Below, piece after piece: positions 35,591-48,096 of a DNA stretch of 64,000 nt. The stretch lies in the NCBI GenBank assembly GCA_964270895.1, contig OZ185445.1; one strand, 5' to 3'. Numbering within the stretch: position 1 is the first letter of the stretch; every line of letters starts with the position of its first letter. This stretch comes from Podarcis filfolensis. Lineage: Eukaryota. The notes beneath the pieces were generated by a model, which saw only the letters and a program-made list of their open reading frames with translations, was not told where the DNA came from and made no database searches. Both the position numbers and the translations under genes were made by a program.

Positions 35591-36184
35591 CAGTGGTGCC
35601 TCCCAAGACGAAATTAATTCGTTCTGCAAGTTTTTTCTTCTTGCGAGTTTTTCGTCTTGCGAAGCACGGTTTCCCATAGGAATGCATTGAAAATCAATTA
35701 ATGCGTTCCTATGGAGACCGCTTGCCAGGCTGGCGGTGCGGAGAAGGGCTTTTCTCCCCACCACAAGCCTTCAGGACAGGTCCGGGAACAGAGGGGAAGG
35801 CGCGCAGTGCTTCTCCTCTGTTCCCGGGGCTTGCGGTGGGAGGAGGGTTTTTCCTCCCCACCGCCAACATTCAGAACAGCATTCTGAATGTTGGCGGTGG
35901 GAAGGAAAACCCTCCTCCCACCGCAAGTCTTCAGGACAGCCATCCGAAGGCTGGCGCGGGGAGAAGGTCTCTCCGCCCCACCGCCAGCCTTCGGAGGAGG
36001 TCCGAGGATAGTGGGGAAGACGCGCTGCGCTTCCCCGCTGTCCTGGAGATTTCCCTATGGGCTTTCGTCTTGCGAAGGAAGCCCATAGGGAAATTCGTCT
36101 TGCGAAGCGCATCGAAAAACAGAAAACCCTTTCGTCTAGCGGGTTTTTCGTCTTGCGAGGCGTTCGTCTTGCGGGGCACCACTG
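35591..36184. mobile_element. Tc1/mariner (Tigger/pogo-like) MITE with internal repeats
   Basis: TIRs CAGTGGTGCCTC...GGGGCACCACTG with TA duplication at 35589-35590 and 36185-36186. Confidence 0.85.
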
Positions 36185-36186
36185 TA

Positions 36187-36445
36187 CCTTATTTTTTGCT
36201 CTATGAGACTCACTTTTTCCCTCCTAAAAAGTAAGGGGAAATGTGTGTGCGTCTTATGGAGCGAATGCAGGCTGCGCAGCTATCACAGAAGCCAGAACAG
36301 CAAGAGAGATTCCTGCTTTCACTGCACAGCGATCCCTCTTGCTGTTCTGGCTTCTGAGATTCAGAATATTTTTTTTCTTGTTTTCCTCCTCCAAAAACTA
36401 GGTGCGTCTTGTGGTCTGGTGCGCCTTATAGAGCGAAAAATACGG
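36187..36445. mobile_element. Second Tc1/mariner-type MITE abutting the first
   Basis: TIRs CCTTATTTTTTGCTCTAT...ATAGAGCGAAAAATACGG, flanked by TA. Confidence 0.8.
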
Positions 36446-37052
36446 TAATTAGGCAAAGACAGAAACAGTGCTAAAGACTCTTGGTTTAGGAAGGGTTTCA
36501 ACCTCCAAAGCCCTTAACCTTTCTTGCTACATGAATCCCGGTTCCAACTCTCCTTAGTGCTTGTAAATATATCATAGGTGCCATTCTGCCTTACCATCTA
36601 TTGCATGTTATGCAGGTTAGGAAGGACAAGTGGAACATACAACAAAATGTTGCAGTGTGGAGGGCTCCAGTTCAGGGTTCCAGCCTGTCAGCCATACCTT
36701 CTTTCAGGATAGACTGTTACATCACTCATCTACCGCTCCTTTTTTTGCCCCCTTTCTCACAGCAGGCATTCTGTTCCTGATATTAAGAATAAGAATAATT
36801 TATTTTTATATGTTTCCCATTTGACTGGGTTGCCCCAGCCACTCTGGATGGCTTCCAATAATTTATAGAACTGTGTTATTATTTATTTTATTTTTTAAAA
36901 TCTATAGTCTGAATAGGGGTGTATTTTTCTGAACATGTGTGGTCAATATCTTGTTTTTATTTTTGCATAGTGCTTAGCTATCTAGGTCACTTTCTCAATA
37001 GTGGGTGGTATTCAACTACATTTTGCTCAAAGTAGACCAACTGACCATGACA

Positions 37053-37122
<70 letters not shown>

Positions 37123-37932
37123 TTTATACACCGCCCATCTGGCTGAGCCTCCCCAGCCACTCTGGGGGGCTCCCAATCAAATATTAAAAACACAATACAG
37201 CATTAAACATTAAAAACTTCCCTAAATAGGGTTGTCTTCAGATGTCTTTTAAAAGTATGATAGTTGCTTATTTCCTTGACATCTGATGGGAGGGTGTTCC
37301 ACAGGGAAGGCACCACTACCAAGAAGGCCCACTGCCTGGTTCCCTGTAACCTCACTTCTCGCAGCAAGGGAACCACCAGAAGGCACTCGGAGCTGGATCT
37401 CATGTCCAGGCTAAACAATGGGGGTGGAGACGCTTCTTCAGGTATACTGGGCCAAGACCGTTTAGGGCTTTAAAGGTGCACTTTGAATTGTGCTCGGAAA
37501 TGTACTGGGAGCTTAATACAGATCTCTCAGGACCGGTGTTATATGGTCCCGGTGGCCACTCGCAGTCACCAGTCTAGCTGCCACATTCCGGATTAATTGC
37601 AGTTTCCAAGTCACCTTCAAAGGTAGCCCCACGTAAAGCGCATCGCAGTAGTCCAAGTGGGAGATAACTAGAGCATCCACCACTTTGGCGAGACAGTCTG
37701 CAGGCAGGTAGGGTCTCAGCCTGCGTACCAGATGGAGCTGGGAGACAGCTGCCCTGGACACAGAATTGACCTGCGCCTCCATGGACAGCTGTGAGTCCAA
37801 AATTACTCTCAGGCTACACACCTGGTCTCAGGGCACAGTTACCCCATTCAGGACCAGGGAGTCCTCCACGCCCGCCTGCCCCCTGTCCCCCAAAACAGTA
37901 CTTCTGTCTTGTCAGGATTTGACCTCAATCTG
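37053..37932 (-). mobile_element. L2 LINE 3' fragment with compound (AAT)13(AGT)10 tail
   Basis: ORFs 37513-37821 (LRVILDSQLSMEAQVNSVSRAA..LVISHLDYCDALYVGLPLK) and 37203-37418; tail CCGCCCATCTGGCTG. Confidence 0.92.
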
Positions 37933-38771
37933 TCTAGGTCTACTCTGAGTAAAATTTAATTGAATACTGCCTAATATATATTTATTACATGTCCCCCTTT
38001 TGCACTCCTTTTTCCTAAACTAAAAATCCCAAAATTTCTTATTTATTACATTATATGGTTCTTCAGGTTATTTATCCATTCTCAATTTAACCTTATATAA
38101 ATAAAAGAAGCATTACATAAAGGTAACTCCTTTTCAAGGCTTACTGCAAGAATTATCACAATTAAAGAGCAATGTCTAGCTGAATGTATCACACAAAGGG
38201 CCCAGTTCTGGGGCTAAAAAAACATTCATTCACATGAGTTTTGACTTGCCACTAATGAAAAACCTTGTTCTCTCTGCTCTTTTTTTGACACTGCATTGCC
38301 CATGAACTCTAGGGTAAGAATATATTGATCTAAAAAAGACACCATAAATTTTCCAGGTTTGGATTAGAATTGCATTGACTGCAAAAGGCACATCTCAGCA
38401 TGACATAATACTGCACACACACACACACTTCTTTCTTTTCAAACTATAGATATATGGAGGGGTGAGGAGAAAACAGGGAACAGTTCTTACAGCATAAGAT
38501 AAAAATGACTATATGTTCAGAGCATCCAGCAGGATTGCTTCAGTCCTTGGCAATGTGCCTGTATGAAGAGTCCTCTTGTAAGGACAGGGAGAATGTTGTT
38601 GCTGCTGCTGCTGCTGCTGTTATAAATCAAATTTTTATTTGTATCTATTTTCATTTTTACAACCCATATCATTAAATAAATAACAACAACAACAACAATA
38701 ATAATATTCATAAACACAAACCACACATTTCTTGGTATTTAAATGTAATATCTAACTCTGTAAATCATGTA

Positions 38772-39031
38772 CAGTGGTACCTCTAGATACGAACGGGATC
38801 CGTTTCGGAGTCCCGTTCGCATCTAGAAGCAAATGTAACTAGCGACGGCACATCTGCGCGCGCGCGCATTGCTTTTCACCACTTCTGCACATGTGCGTGA
38901 CGTCATTTTGAGCGTCTGCACATGCGCAAGCGGCGAAACCTAGAAGTAACACGCTCTGTTACTTCCAGGTTGCCGCGGAGCGCAACTTGAACATGCTCAA
39001 CCTGAAGCACATTCAAGCTGAGGTATGACTG
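38772..39031. mobile_element. Tigger/pogo-like MITE
   Basis: TA|CAGTGGTACCTC...GAGGTATGACTG|TA. Confidence 0.82.
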
Positions 39032-40416
39032 TAATACATAACAATTCTCTTGAATTTCCTTACATGGAAATGCAATCCAACATGAAATAGTTTCATTTTA
39101 AAGCCCCCATTAATTTTATTCAATTAAGATTCCATGTTTTAAAAGGCCCAGTTCTTAGGTCAGGGGCAATATTGGCCGGTTAAGACGCCAAGCCGTGAGG
39201 CAGCTTTTATTCACATTGTTTCATTTCTGCAGCATTTACCGGTATCCCCAGGACAAATTTACGTTTAGCCAGAATAGTTTCAATCAGTCTCCACATTGTG
39301 CTAAAGAACAGGCCCCAATTAACCTCTGTGAGATTCTTGTTTACATCTAGAAAAATTGCCTATACAGTAATCACAGCTCTGAGCTTAGCTTGCAGCTACC
39401 TAGAGACAAATGCACCATCGCCTCTTGATCTGGCAACCCAATGGCAAAACATGGTGGGTGCATAAGCCTTGAGAATGCATTATGCTCAGCAGCCATGTCA
39501 CCGCCTTAATAGAATTGAAGTGGTCCAGACCAACATCAATCACTTGTCCAATTTCCTTTAGCTCTCTCCTTTTTATTGGAACACAGTGTTAAAATTTAAT
39601 GATGCATTTCAGTGTTTTCTAATTTGGAAACAAAGGGATTTCTCTTTCCAGCTCATCGAGAACAGCCACCATCCATTTGGGTCCACGTAGCTTGCTGAGC
39701 GCTCGCCTGTTTCACAGTTGCCACCACGGACATCTGGCCATGGCAGGTTCTCATTTTAATACTTTAAACTTGTTGCAGGATGTTCTGGCAGTGGCAGCTG
39801 GCTGCAGACATTTCCTCCCTGGCAGCACAACCAATAATGGCACTAGGATTTATTGCTTCCAGTCCCCGGCGCCCCCTCCCCTTTCATCAGAGGCAGCTCT
39901 CCATTCATTACAGATGACCGTGTTTTATATCACTTAACATTCTGCAGTGCTTCATCATAGGAGCAGATTGATGCTGTGAAATGTCAAACAGCAAGGTTTT
40001 ATAGTGCCTTGGAATCACATACGAGTGCAAATATCAGAAAGGAATGTTATGCTTCCTGGGTGGCTGGGCATCGGCATATAGGAAGTCTGACCTGTTGCAA
40101 AGCAGCTATGTTGTTCATCGAATCTAGGATTGACTACTCTGCCTGACAGCAGTTCTGCCAAGACTTGCTACCAGATCCCTTCTGCGTGCAATGTGTGCAC
40201 TCTGCCAATGAGTGATGGTCACTTCCCAGGCCGGACACCAATGGTCGGTCAGGTCAGGGAGGCACTGGCCAGGGGCTCCAGGATTCACTGGAAGGTTACC
40301 ATAGCACACCAGCAGAGGCGATTTGGTGTTCCTGCCAGCAAGTTTGCACCTTCCCAACACCTCACCTCTCCCTACAGGTAAGCAGCAGTGACCCATGTAA
40401 TACAAGGTTAGTATTT

Positions 40417-40750
40417 AAGTAAAGGTAAAGGGACCCCTGACCGACTCTGGGGTTGCGGCGCTCATCTTGCTTTATTGGCCGAGGGAGCCGGCGTACAGCT
40501 TCTGGGTCATGTGGCCAGCATGACTAAGCCATTTCTGGGAAACCAGAGCAGCACACGGAAACGCTGTTTACCTTTCTGCCAGAGTGGTACCTATTTATCT
40601 ACTTGCACTTTGACATGTTTTCGAACTGCTAGGTTGGCAGGAGCAGGGACTGAGCAACGGAAGCTGGCCCCATCGTGGGGATTCGAACCGCCGACCTTCT
40701 GATCAGCAAGCCCTAGGCTCTCTGGTTTAACCCACAGCGTACTGCTTCCC
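40417..40750 (-). mobile_element. Sauria SINE with a small internal deletion near the tail
   Basis: Body similar to the 9468-9819 copy, but missing ~19 bp between two TGACC repeats. Confidence 0.9.
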
Positions 40751-40771
40751 TATTGTTACACACACAACCCA

Positions 40772-40909
40772 CAGACCCTCCAAGTGTCCCTATTTTCCAG
40801 GGACAGAACCGGATTTACAAAAGCTGTCCCAGTTTCTGATTTGATCCCAGAATGTCCCACTTTTCTGCAGGATGTCCCTATTTTCATCAGAGAAATGTTG
40901 GAGGGTATG
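40772..40909. mobile_element. MITE with CATACCCTCC-type termini
   Basis: CAGACCCTCCAA...TTGGAGGGTATG; related termini at 45690-45910. Confidence 0.7.
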
Positions 40910-40933
40910 GAGTTATCCGACCCCCTGAGCCAA

Positions 40934-41115
40934 GGAGATAAGTAACCTCTGGGAGATAAGTAACCTCTGGGAGATTTCTGAAGGCAGCCCTGTATAGGGA
41001 AGTTTTTGAATGTTTTATTATGTTTTTATATATGTTGGAAGCTGCCCTGAGTGGCAGGGACAACCCAGTCAGAGGGGTGGGGTATAAATAATAAAATTAT
41101 TATTGTTGTTATTAT
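40934..41115 (+). mobile_element. L2 3' end with an 18-bp tandem duplication at its 5' edge
   Basis: GAAGGCAGCCCTGTATAGGGAAGTTTT...GGGGTATAAATAATAAAATT(ATT/GTT)n. Confidence 0.75.
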
Positions 41116-41125
41116 GGAATAGGAC

Positions 41126-41255
41126 AGATTCAAAGATCTGTAGAATTGGAAGGGACCACAGGAGTCATCTAGTCCAACCCCCTGCAATGCCCTAAGTGGG
41201 GCTAGAACCCACAGCCCTGGGGTTTTGAGTCTCATGCTCTACCAGCTGAGCTATC
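41126..41255 (-). mobile_element. tRNA-Lys-headed SINE with CR1-like tail
   Basis: Minus strand reads GATAGCTCAGCTGGTAGAGCATGAGACTC...CATTGCAGGGGGTTGGACTAGATGAC...CCCTTCCAATTCTAC. Confidence 0.78.
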
Positions 41256-42309
41256 ATCGATATTTTCATTGAAGAAGTGTTGGAGGGCATGAACCCGGCA
41301 GTTGTTAGTCCCCTGACTGATGAATGAGATCAGACCACCCTTCCCTTCAGTTTTGCAGGCCCAGGGCAACTGGCAGTTGGAGCTGAATATTCTTTCTGGC
41401 AGGGAGTAGCAAAGATGCTCCTTTTCTGGCCAAAGGAAGGGGCCAGACTAGATTTCCTGTGCCCCCTGTGACACCACAGTTTGCTTCTCTTCTGCTCTAG
41501 TTTTTGGAGAACTGCTTTTAAATGGAAGACTTTAGTTGCCTATTCAGCACATTCTTACACACACGATGGATGCAGGGTTCCTCCAAAATCTGAATTAGGA
41601 TGCTGTCCATTACAGGGTAGGGCACTTGCTGAGTTAATTCGGGGAACAAGGCAGAAAACCAAACTCACTACAGCTGCAGAAAATGCTGAGGAAGCATCAT
41701 TGCTCCTGAGTCGCTGTGAACACATTGTAAAGCAGTCACATGGACAACACTAACAAGCTATTAGATTATTTGTCTTTTGTAATACCCCCTAGAGTTACAA
41801 CAAATTATTCCCCCTAACAGAACACTGTTTCCACCCAAGGTCTTCCTTCTCCCTTTCTTCATGCACTTCCTGATGAACTTGAATTATTTCCAAGGCTTTC
41901 CCCCTTCTGCTTCTCTGCGAATTTCACAAATACATCTGTGCTTGTGTAAACTCATCAAGGGTGGTAAATGGTCAAATGAATCATGTGGTCTCGATATAAA
42001 TGTTGCACACACAATGCGCACTTGATTGCCATTCAGTTCACCTGGAGTGTGCGCCTTAGTGAAACTAGTTATTTCCTCTGCGTTTTATTGTGGACAGGCT
42101 TTGTAACTCTATTATGGAAGTCATGGCAAATAGGGGTGCTGTGAATAACATAATGGTTGAAAGAGGAAGAAAGCCATTTGAGCAAATACTTTGCATCTTA
42201 AACAAGACATTTTCACTTTTAAAACTGGCTCTCTTCATCGTGAAATTAGCAGGGATGCCCTCAGCTGGCAACAGTTGCAGCAAAGCAAGATTTAAAGTAA
42301 TGTCTTATA

Positions 42310-42551
42310 CGGGGGTACCTCGGGTTACATGTGCTTCAGGTTTCATACACTTCAGGTTACAGACTCTGCTAACCCAGAAATAGTACCTCGGGTTAAGAAC
42401 TTTGCTTCAGGATGAGAACAGAAATCCTGCGGTGGTGGCGCGGCGGCGGCAGCAGGCCCCATTGGCTAAAATGGTGCTTCAGGTTAAGAACAGTTTCAGT
42501 TTAAGAATGGACCTCCGGAACGAATTAAGTACATAACCAGAGGTACCTCTG
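42310..42551. mobile_element. Tigger/pogo-like MITE
   Basis: TA|CGGGGGTACCTCGGGTTA...TAACCAGAGGTACCTCTG|TA. Confidence 0.82.
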
Positions 42552-43684
42552 TACATGTGTACTTTGAGCTAAGTCCCACTTTCGTTGAACTGGGCTCACT
42601 CTTCAGGTAAGTGAACACAGTCTTCTGCAAAAAGATTTTTCTACTTTAAGGGCTTATTTTATGCTCTGGTATAAGAATATTTGGAATACTGCTATTTGGG
42701 AGAAAGTTACACTCTGTTTCCAGACATTGCAATGAACAGCTGCACTGGACACTTTTGGTGGGATTTTATTTTGTAGACAATGAACCACAATTTACAACAG
42801 CTTCGTGTGAGATCTTGAACTCTTGAGTTAACTTTTCTTTGGCCACTTAATATGACGTGTGATTTGGGTAATCTTTCTTCCTTATTGGTTCCTTGTTGTT
42901 TTTTATTTCCCCCCTCTCTTTTTCCCTTTTTATATTAAAATCCGTTTTTAAAAAAACTTATCTCAGCAAAGTGAGCTCCTGATCATTCCTTTGCTGATGG
43001 GCAGTAGGAGCACACCTTCCTCCAAGAAAATGGCATTGAAACTGCTGCCAAAATGAAGCTTTCCCTCTCTGGCTACAATGCAAACTATGTTTTGTCACAG
43101 ATCCCTGCAAGAAGCAGACTTGAATTTACCGCCCATCTGCTGAGTTTGAGCCCTCTGGGCTGGTCCTGTCTATGTGTTTTGGTACTTATGCAAGAAGAAG
43201 AAATAATAATAACACCACCCCCCCAGCCAAAACAGCCCTAATACAGATGCACTACCGTATTCTAATTTTCTGCTTCCCATTGTCCTCCTTGCCGAGTATT
43301 AGCCTTCCTTCTTTCTGCTGTGTAACAAAAGCTCTTTCAGAAGGAGGAGCATATCCAATTCAAGGGCAGAAAATCCTTATAAGTAATCAGGGGAGAGAGA
43401 AAGAGAGAGTGTGCATGCTAGCCAGACTGTTATTTGGGTTTTTCTATAACTGCTTACTCTGCTTTCAAATGAAAGAGAACAGTCACTATAGAAACTGCTG
43501 CATCACATGACATTTAGTCTGCCTCTGAGGTATGAAATACCTTTCTAATGAGACTCCCCCACCCCAACATAGTCTCTTCCTCTCCCCCTTTCATTTTTTT
43601 AAAAAAATCAATCTTTAGACAATATATCCCTTCCTGTAGCCCTCGCTAGCCTGGTGCTCTCCAAAGGCTTTGGACTGCATCTCC

Positions 43685-43855
43685 TATCAGCCTGGCTAAT
43701 GGGGGTTTTGGACTCACTGCTGTCCATGGAGACACAGGTCGATTCTCTGTCCAGGGCAGCTGTCTACCAGCTCCATCTGGTACACCGGCTGAGACCCTAC
43801 TTGCCTGCGCTCAGTCTCACCAGAGTGGTACATGTTCTGGTTATCTCTCCACTTG
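43685..43855 (+). mobile_element. L2 RT fragment
   Basis: GVLDSLLSMETQVDSLSRAAVYQLHLVHRLRPYLP, homologous to the 37513-37821 ORF. Confidence 0.8.
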
Positions 43856-45173
43856 GAGAGCCCTATTCAATTCTGTGGGCATTTAAACATGAACCTACCA
43901 AATCTGTGCTTTCTGAGACAAGATGCGAACTGGAACATCGCCATCCTTCAGTTTTTGCGCATATCTGAATTTTGCAACACAGTTTTCCAGTTAAGTAATG
44001 TGTATAAAAGTGCATATACTGGGGTAAACCCTCTTGCCCCCACTATCCTTGTAATCATTCCCAGGTGAGATGCAAACAGGAAGGAGAATCACAATACTTT
44101 ACAGAAGTAGCTACATATAATCGGAGGTTAGTTTCAATTTTCAAAGAAAATGTCAACATATTCTTATGATTAATTAATTGAAAGTGAAGGATTTAACTAC
44201 TTGTACCTATTTTTCAAGCAACGGAGCTTCATCACTCTTCAGTAATTAGAAGCTCCAACACATTTTCTAGTTACCTGAGAAAAGAGGTTCTCTCTAATAA
44301 TTATGGGATGCAGTTTGCTGGTTGATTGTAAATTGGACCTTTGTGCCAATTTACACCTTCCTTCGCTGTCTTACGCTGCTGGCATTCCCCATGGGATTCT
44401 GCTGGAAAGAGGATAGCTACAATTTAGTTTTGGGACCCTGGAGGAAAAGTTCCTGAAACATGCACTTTAAAAATGGCTTTTCATGATAGCCTTGCTTCTA
44501 AAGCAACAGTGCAAAGCGCATGTAATGGGCCATCTCTGAACATCTCTCCCCCCCACCACCACCAAAATAAACCCCAACCCAGCTGCTTCTTTAGAGGTGG
44601 AGGCATCAGGGAAGAGCATGTTGTGGTTTCTAGGCAACAGACCCATTTGCCTGGAACAAAGAGCAACGTGGGCCTTAAACCTTTTGCTGGCTTAAAAAAA
44701 ACCAACAAGGGGGGGGGAGTCAATTGCATCTGGAGTACCGGAGGTGGCCCTGAGGGACATGAGTTCCAGCAATTCCTTGGCAGTGACTGGGGTCAGGCCT
44801 TGAAGTTGCCTTCCTGTAATTTAAGCTCATTACTTCTTGCGCTATCTTCAATTAATATGCTTGGCAATTGTTTCCCCCTTGTTATTGTCTGGTTACATGT
44901 TGCTTCATTCGATTTTCCCCAGGACTGCCTCATATGACTATAACAGGGAAGTCGAAAGAAGATACTATCCCCTCTTATTATACAGAATAGCAAGCTTGGT
45001 AAAATGGCTTTGGTTTCGCTAAATGTATTTGTCCGCAGGGAAATGGGTGCTTTTTAATGCTGCCTGCTGCTCAGGGGCTGTGTCAAGCTATACTGTGAGT
45101 AACTGCAGAAATAGGCAAGAATATTAGGGGACCAATGGGACACATTCTCCCCCAGGTAAACTGAGGTACTTGC

Positions 45174-45685
45174 TGTGGCGATCACACAGGGTCCCCGGAC
45201 GTTTCACCGTCTATTGATCCCTGTGCCACCACTTTATTTCTCGCTGCCACCACCCAGGCCCTACCTGATACAATACTGAGTCCAGTCAGGGTTAAATTGG
45301 AACATAAACTTCTGTTTATTTATTGCAGTTTAACGAGCGTGTAGTTTCATAAATGGTATTGGTCAATTACAATCATGGGGTGCCTATCCAGACCTATAAC
45401 TTCCACTACCTGCTCTCACTCACTAAACCACCTCTCAGATATTTACTTGTCTTCCTAGCCCCTAACTGTTCCTGACTCAGCTTATTTCGCTACACTAACT
45501 CAACCTACCCACAGACTCTATCCCAATTCACTCCCACTCCAACCAACCACCCAGCTCCCAACGAACTCCCTCTTCACCCCTCTCATAGCTGGTTTTATAG
45601 TCCCTCTGACTCCACCCCCCTGGGTTCTGATTGGGTAACCTGTTTAACTATTTCACCTCCAGCACTCTCATATGTTAACGTCATG
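45174..45685 (-). mobile_element. Solo LTR (minus orientation)
   Basis: On the minus strand: CCAAT (~45630), TATAAAA (~45593-45599), AATAAA (~45316-45325). Candidate 5-bp TSD CTTGC at 45169-45173 and 45686-45690. Confidence 0.65.
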
Positions 45686-45689
45686 CTTG

Positions 45690-45910
45690 CATACCCTCCA
45701 AAATGTCTCTGCAGAAAACCAGGGCATGTATCTTCTGGGATGTGCTTCCGCACGAATCACGGGACCCACACAAGTTTGCAAAAGATGTGCATGAGGGGGG
45801 ACTGTGATATCATGGTGCCCAAAAATGTTTGTGTTTGGGTGCTGTGTTCTTGAGAGCACAGCCTCCCACAACGGGATGCCCTGATTTAATTGGGACAGCT
45901 GAAGGGTATG
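45690..45910. mobile_element. MITE with CATACCCTCC termini
   Basis: CATACCCTCC...GAAGGGTATG. Confidence 0.6.
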
Positions 45911-46447
45911 CATTTGCCTTACTTGTTATTTCTACCAATTAAAATACATGAGGAGTAAGACACACAGATATTTTAAAAGCCCGAATTCTGAACCCAGACA
46001 GTGGTGAAAGGACAGACAGAGACTGAAAGTGCAGGTGCACACCTGCCACTTTTCTATTCATGGTAATTAATCTGGAATAACTACCACCCCCAGGTTCCTC
46101 ACTCACAATCATTTCTCAAGAAAGCACAGAGAGAAACCACCCTGTAGCATCTCTTTAATCACTCTGTGCCTGCCATGTGGTGATTAAAGGCTCATCTGGG
46201 TTATGTGATATAAATAGATTTAGCCAGCAGCCCAGCTGAGTTTGTTATAGGAAGCTACCAGTAGCATCCTGTAGAAGGGGAGTAGGGTCGCCATATGCCC
46301 TGCTTTATGCAGGGCAGTTTGAAGAACAGTCCAGTCCCAATTCTAGTCTAAAGAGAACGAACCAGAGGGAGGGCCGTCTTTAAGTTGCCCATCACCAGTG
46401 AGCTCCTGGACAGCAGACGCAAGCTTTCTAGTAATTTTGATCTACAC

Positions 46448-46633
46448 CAGGGGTTGTCAATCTGGTCCTTACCACCCACTAGTGGGCGTTTCAGGATTCT
46501 AGGTGGGCAGCAGGGGGTTCTACGGCACAAGCTGAATCCTCCTTCCATCGAGCACTGGTGGGTGGTAAGGAAATTTTACCATCAAGAAAGATGCATTAGT
46601 GAGCGGTACATATAAAAAGGTTGACCACCCGTG
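46448..46633. mobile_element. hAT MITE
   Basis: TIRs CAGGGGTTGTCAA...TTGACCACCCGTG; 8-bp TSD ATCTACAC/AGCTACAC (7/8). Confidence 0.78.
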
Positions 46634-46789
46634 AGCTACACTGTATTCTACTTAAATTATATTAACTATTTCTAAATTTGTATCTAAGTATATGAATTAG
46701 CATGTGCAAATTTTATGCACAGTGGTGCCATGATGCATTTCCTCTGGTTTGGCAATGCCTAAGTGGCCACCCTAAGAAAAGGGGCTTCC

Positions 46790-47435
46790 TTCAACCTAAC
46801 AAACAAACATGAGAGGTCAGAGTGGGAATCCGATCTGGTCCGAGGTCTGTGTGCAATGTGTGAGGCACGGCAAGAATGAAAACATTACTGATTTATCTTT
46901 ACTTCAGTTCCAAGGTTATATGACTTGTTATCTGGTTAGCTGTCTTTGTTTCACAAAGTGATTGGTTAGGGTTTTGTAAATGTTACTGATCCGATAATAT
47001 GATGTTATTTTAAAAGATTTCCATTTGATTGTTAATATTTATTGCCGATTAATATTGGTTATTAATATTTCGTACCGTGTTTTTATTTTTATTTTGCACA
47101 CTGTTTTGAGATATATTTGTTTGTTGTCTTTGAGTTCTGTTGGGCATATTGTTTGATTTCTTTTGTATTGCATTTAACCTACACTTGCATATTGTTTTGA
47201 GATTCCTTTATACTGTGTTTCATTTTTGTATTGTATATTGGTTTGAGTGTTTGTTTGCTCGTTTGATATTTATTTCCATTTCGAGCATGGTTTTGATATT
47301 CTTTCGTATGGTGCTATGCCTCTACTTTGTACAATGTTCTAAATCTCTGTTATATTGTATTTGATTTTAATTTTCAGTGCATTGCTTTGAGACTCTTTGG
47401 AATCTAAAGCATTTAGGAAATGTTCTAAATAAAAA
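46790..47435 (+). mobile_element. Probable LINE 3'UTR (very T-rich, ending in AATAAAAA)
   Basis: Strong T/G strand skew and a LINE-like end (CTTTGAGACTC...TAAATAAAAAT). Family not recognised. Confidence 0.4.
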
Positions 47436-47687
47436 TGAGCAAGACTCCCCAGCTGGTGCCCTGTGTGTTGTTGTGCCTGTTGGCTCTTCTGGTTTGGTAC
47501 AAAGGATCCTGCCTTATAGTGCAGTGAGATGGTGTCGGTCTCCATCCATCCTCTCTCTGCACTACAGCTTCATGACTTCATGACCAAGAGTCATATGAGG
47601 TTTGTGCGACTGAAAGCTCAGTTCACAGTGGTATGTTGCTGACTCAGAGGTACAGTGACATCAGTAAAGGACTTAATGCCCCAGATA

Positions 47688-48096
47688 CAGGGCCAGATTT
47701 AGGTTTGATAAGGCCCTAAGCTACTGAAGGTAATGGGGCCCTTTATATGTCCAGCTGTTGTTTGTCAACAACAAATTGTCACTGTGTTTGTGTGTTGAAT
47801 ATATGCTACATGGTAATTTATTACCAGTCCATTCAGAATGTAGGCACCCTATATATAGAAATGAGCAAACCAATGATATTTTAGGGAGCAGGCTAGCATG
47901 TGGGGCCCATTACTTACATCATAGGAGCCTACACAATACAAAACACTGTTGCTGTATGTAGGTTTTATTTTATTTGTTTTTTATCTTATATTTTGGAAAT
48001 GTACATCCAGGTTTATTTTCCTTTATTCTGGGGGCGGGGCAAGAGAGTGGGGCCCTAAGCTATAGCTTGCTTAGCTTATACGGAAATCCGGCACTG
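47688..48096. mobile_element. hAT-type non-autonomous element
   Basis: TIRs CAGGGCCAGATTT...AAATCCGGCACTG; 8-bp TSD CCCAGATA/CCTAGATA (7/8). Confidence 0.8.

Noticed and set aside
35700-36060. CRISPR-like or tandem array
   Set aside because: Eukaryotic context; the modules are internal repeats of a TA-flanked MITE with no repeat-spacer regularity.
39717-39737. REST/RE1 site (CACCACGGACA); also a half-site near 35027-35040
   Set aside because: About 13/21 match; lacks the TCAG left flank and the GC.CC right flank of the RE1 consensus.
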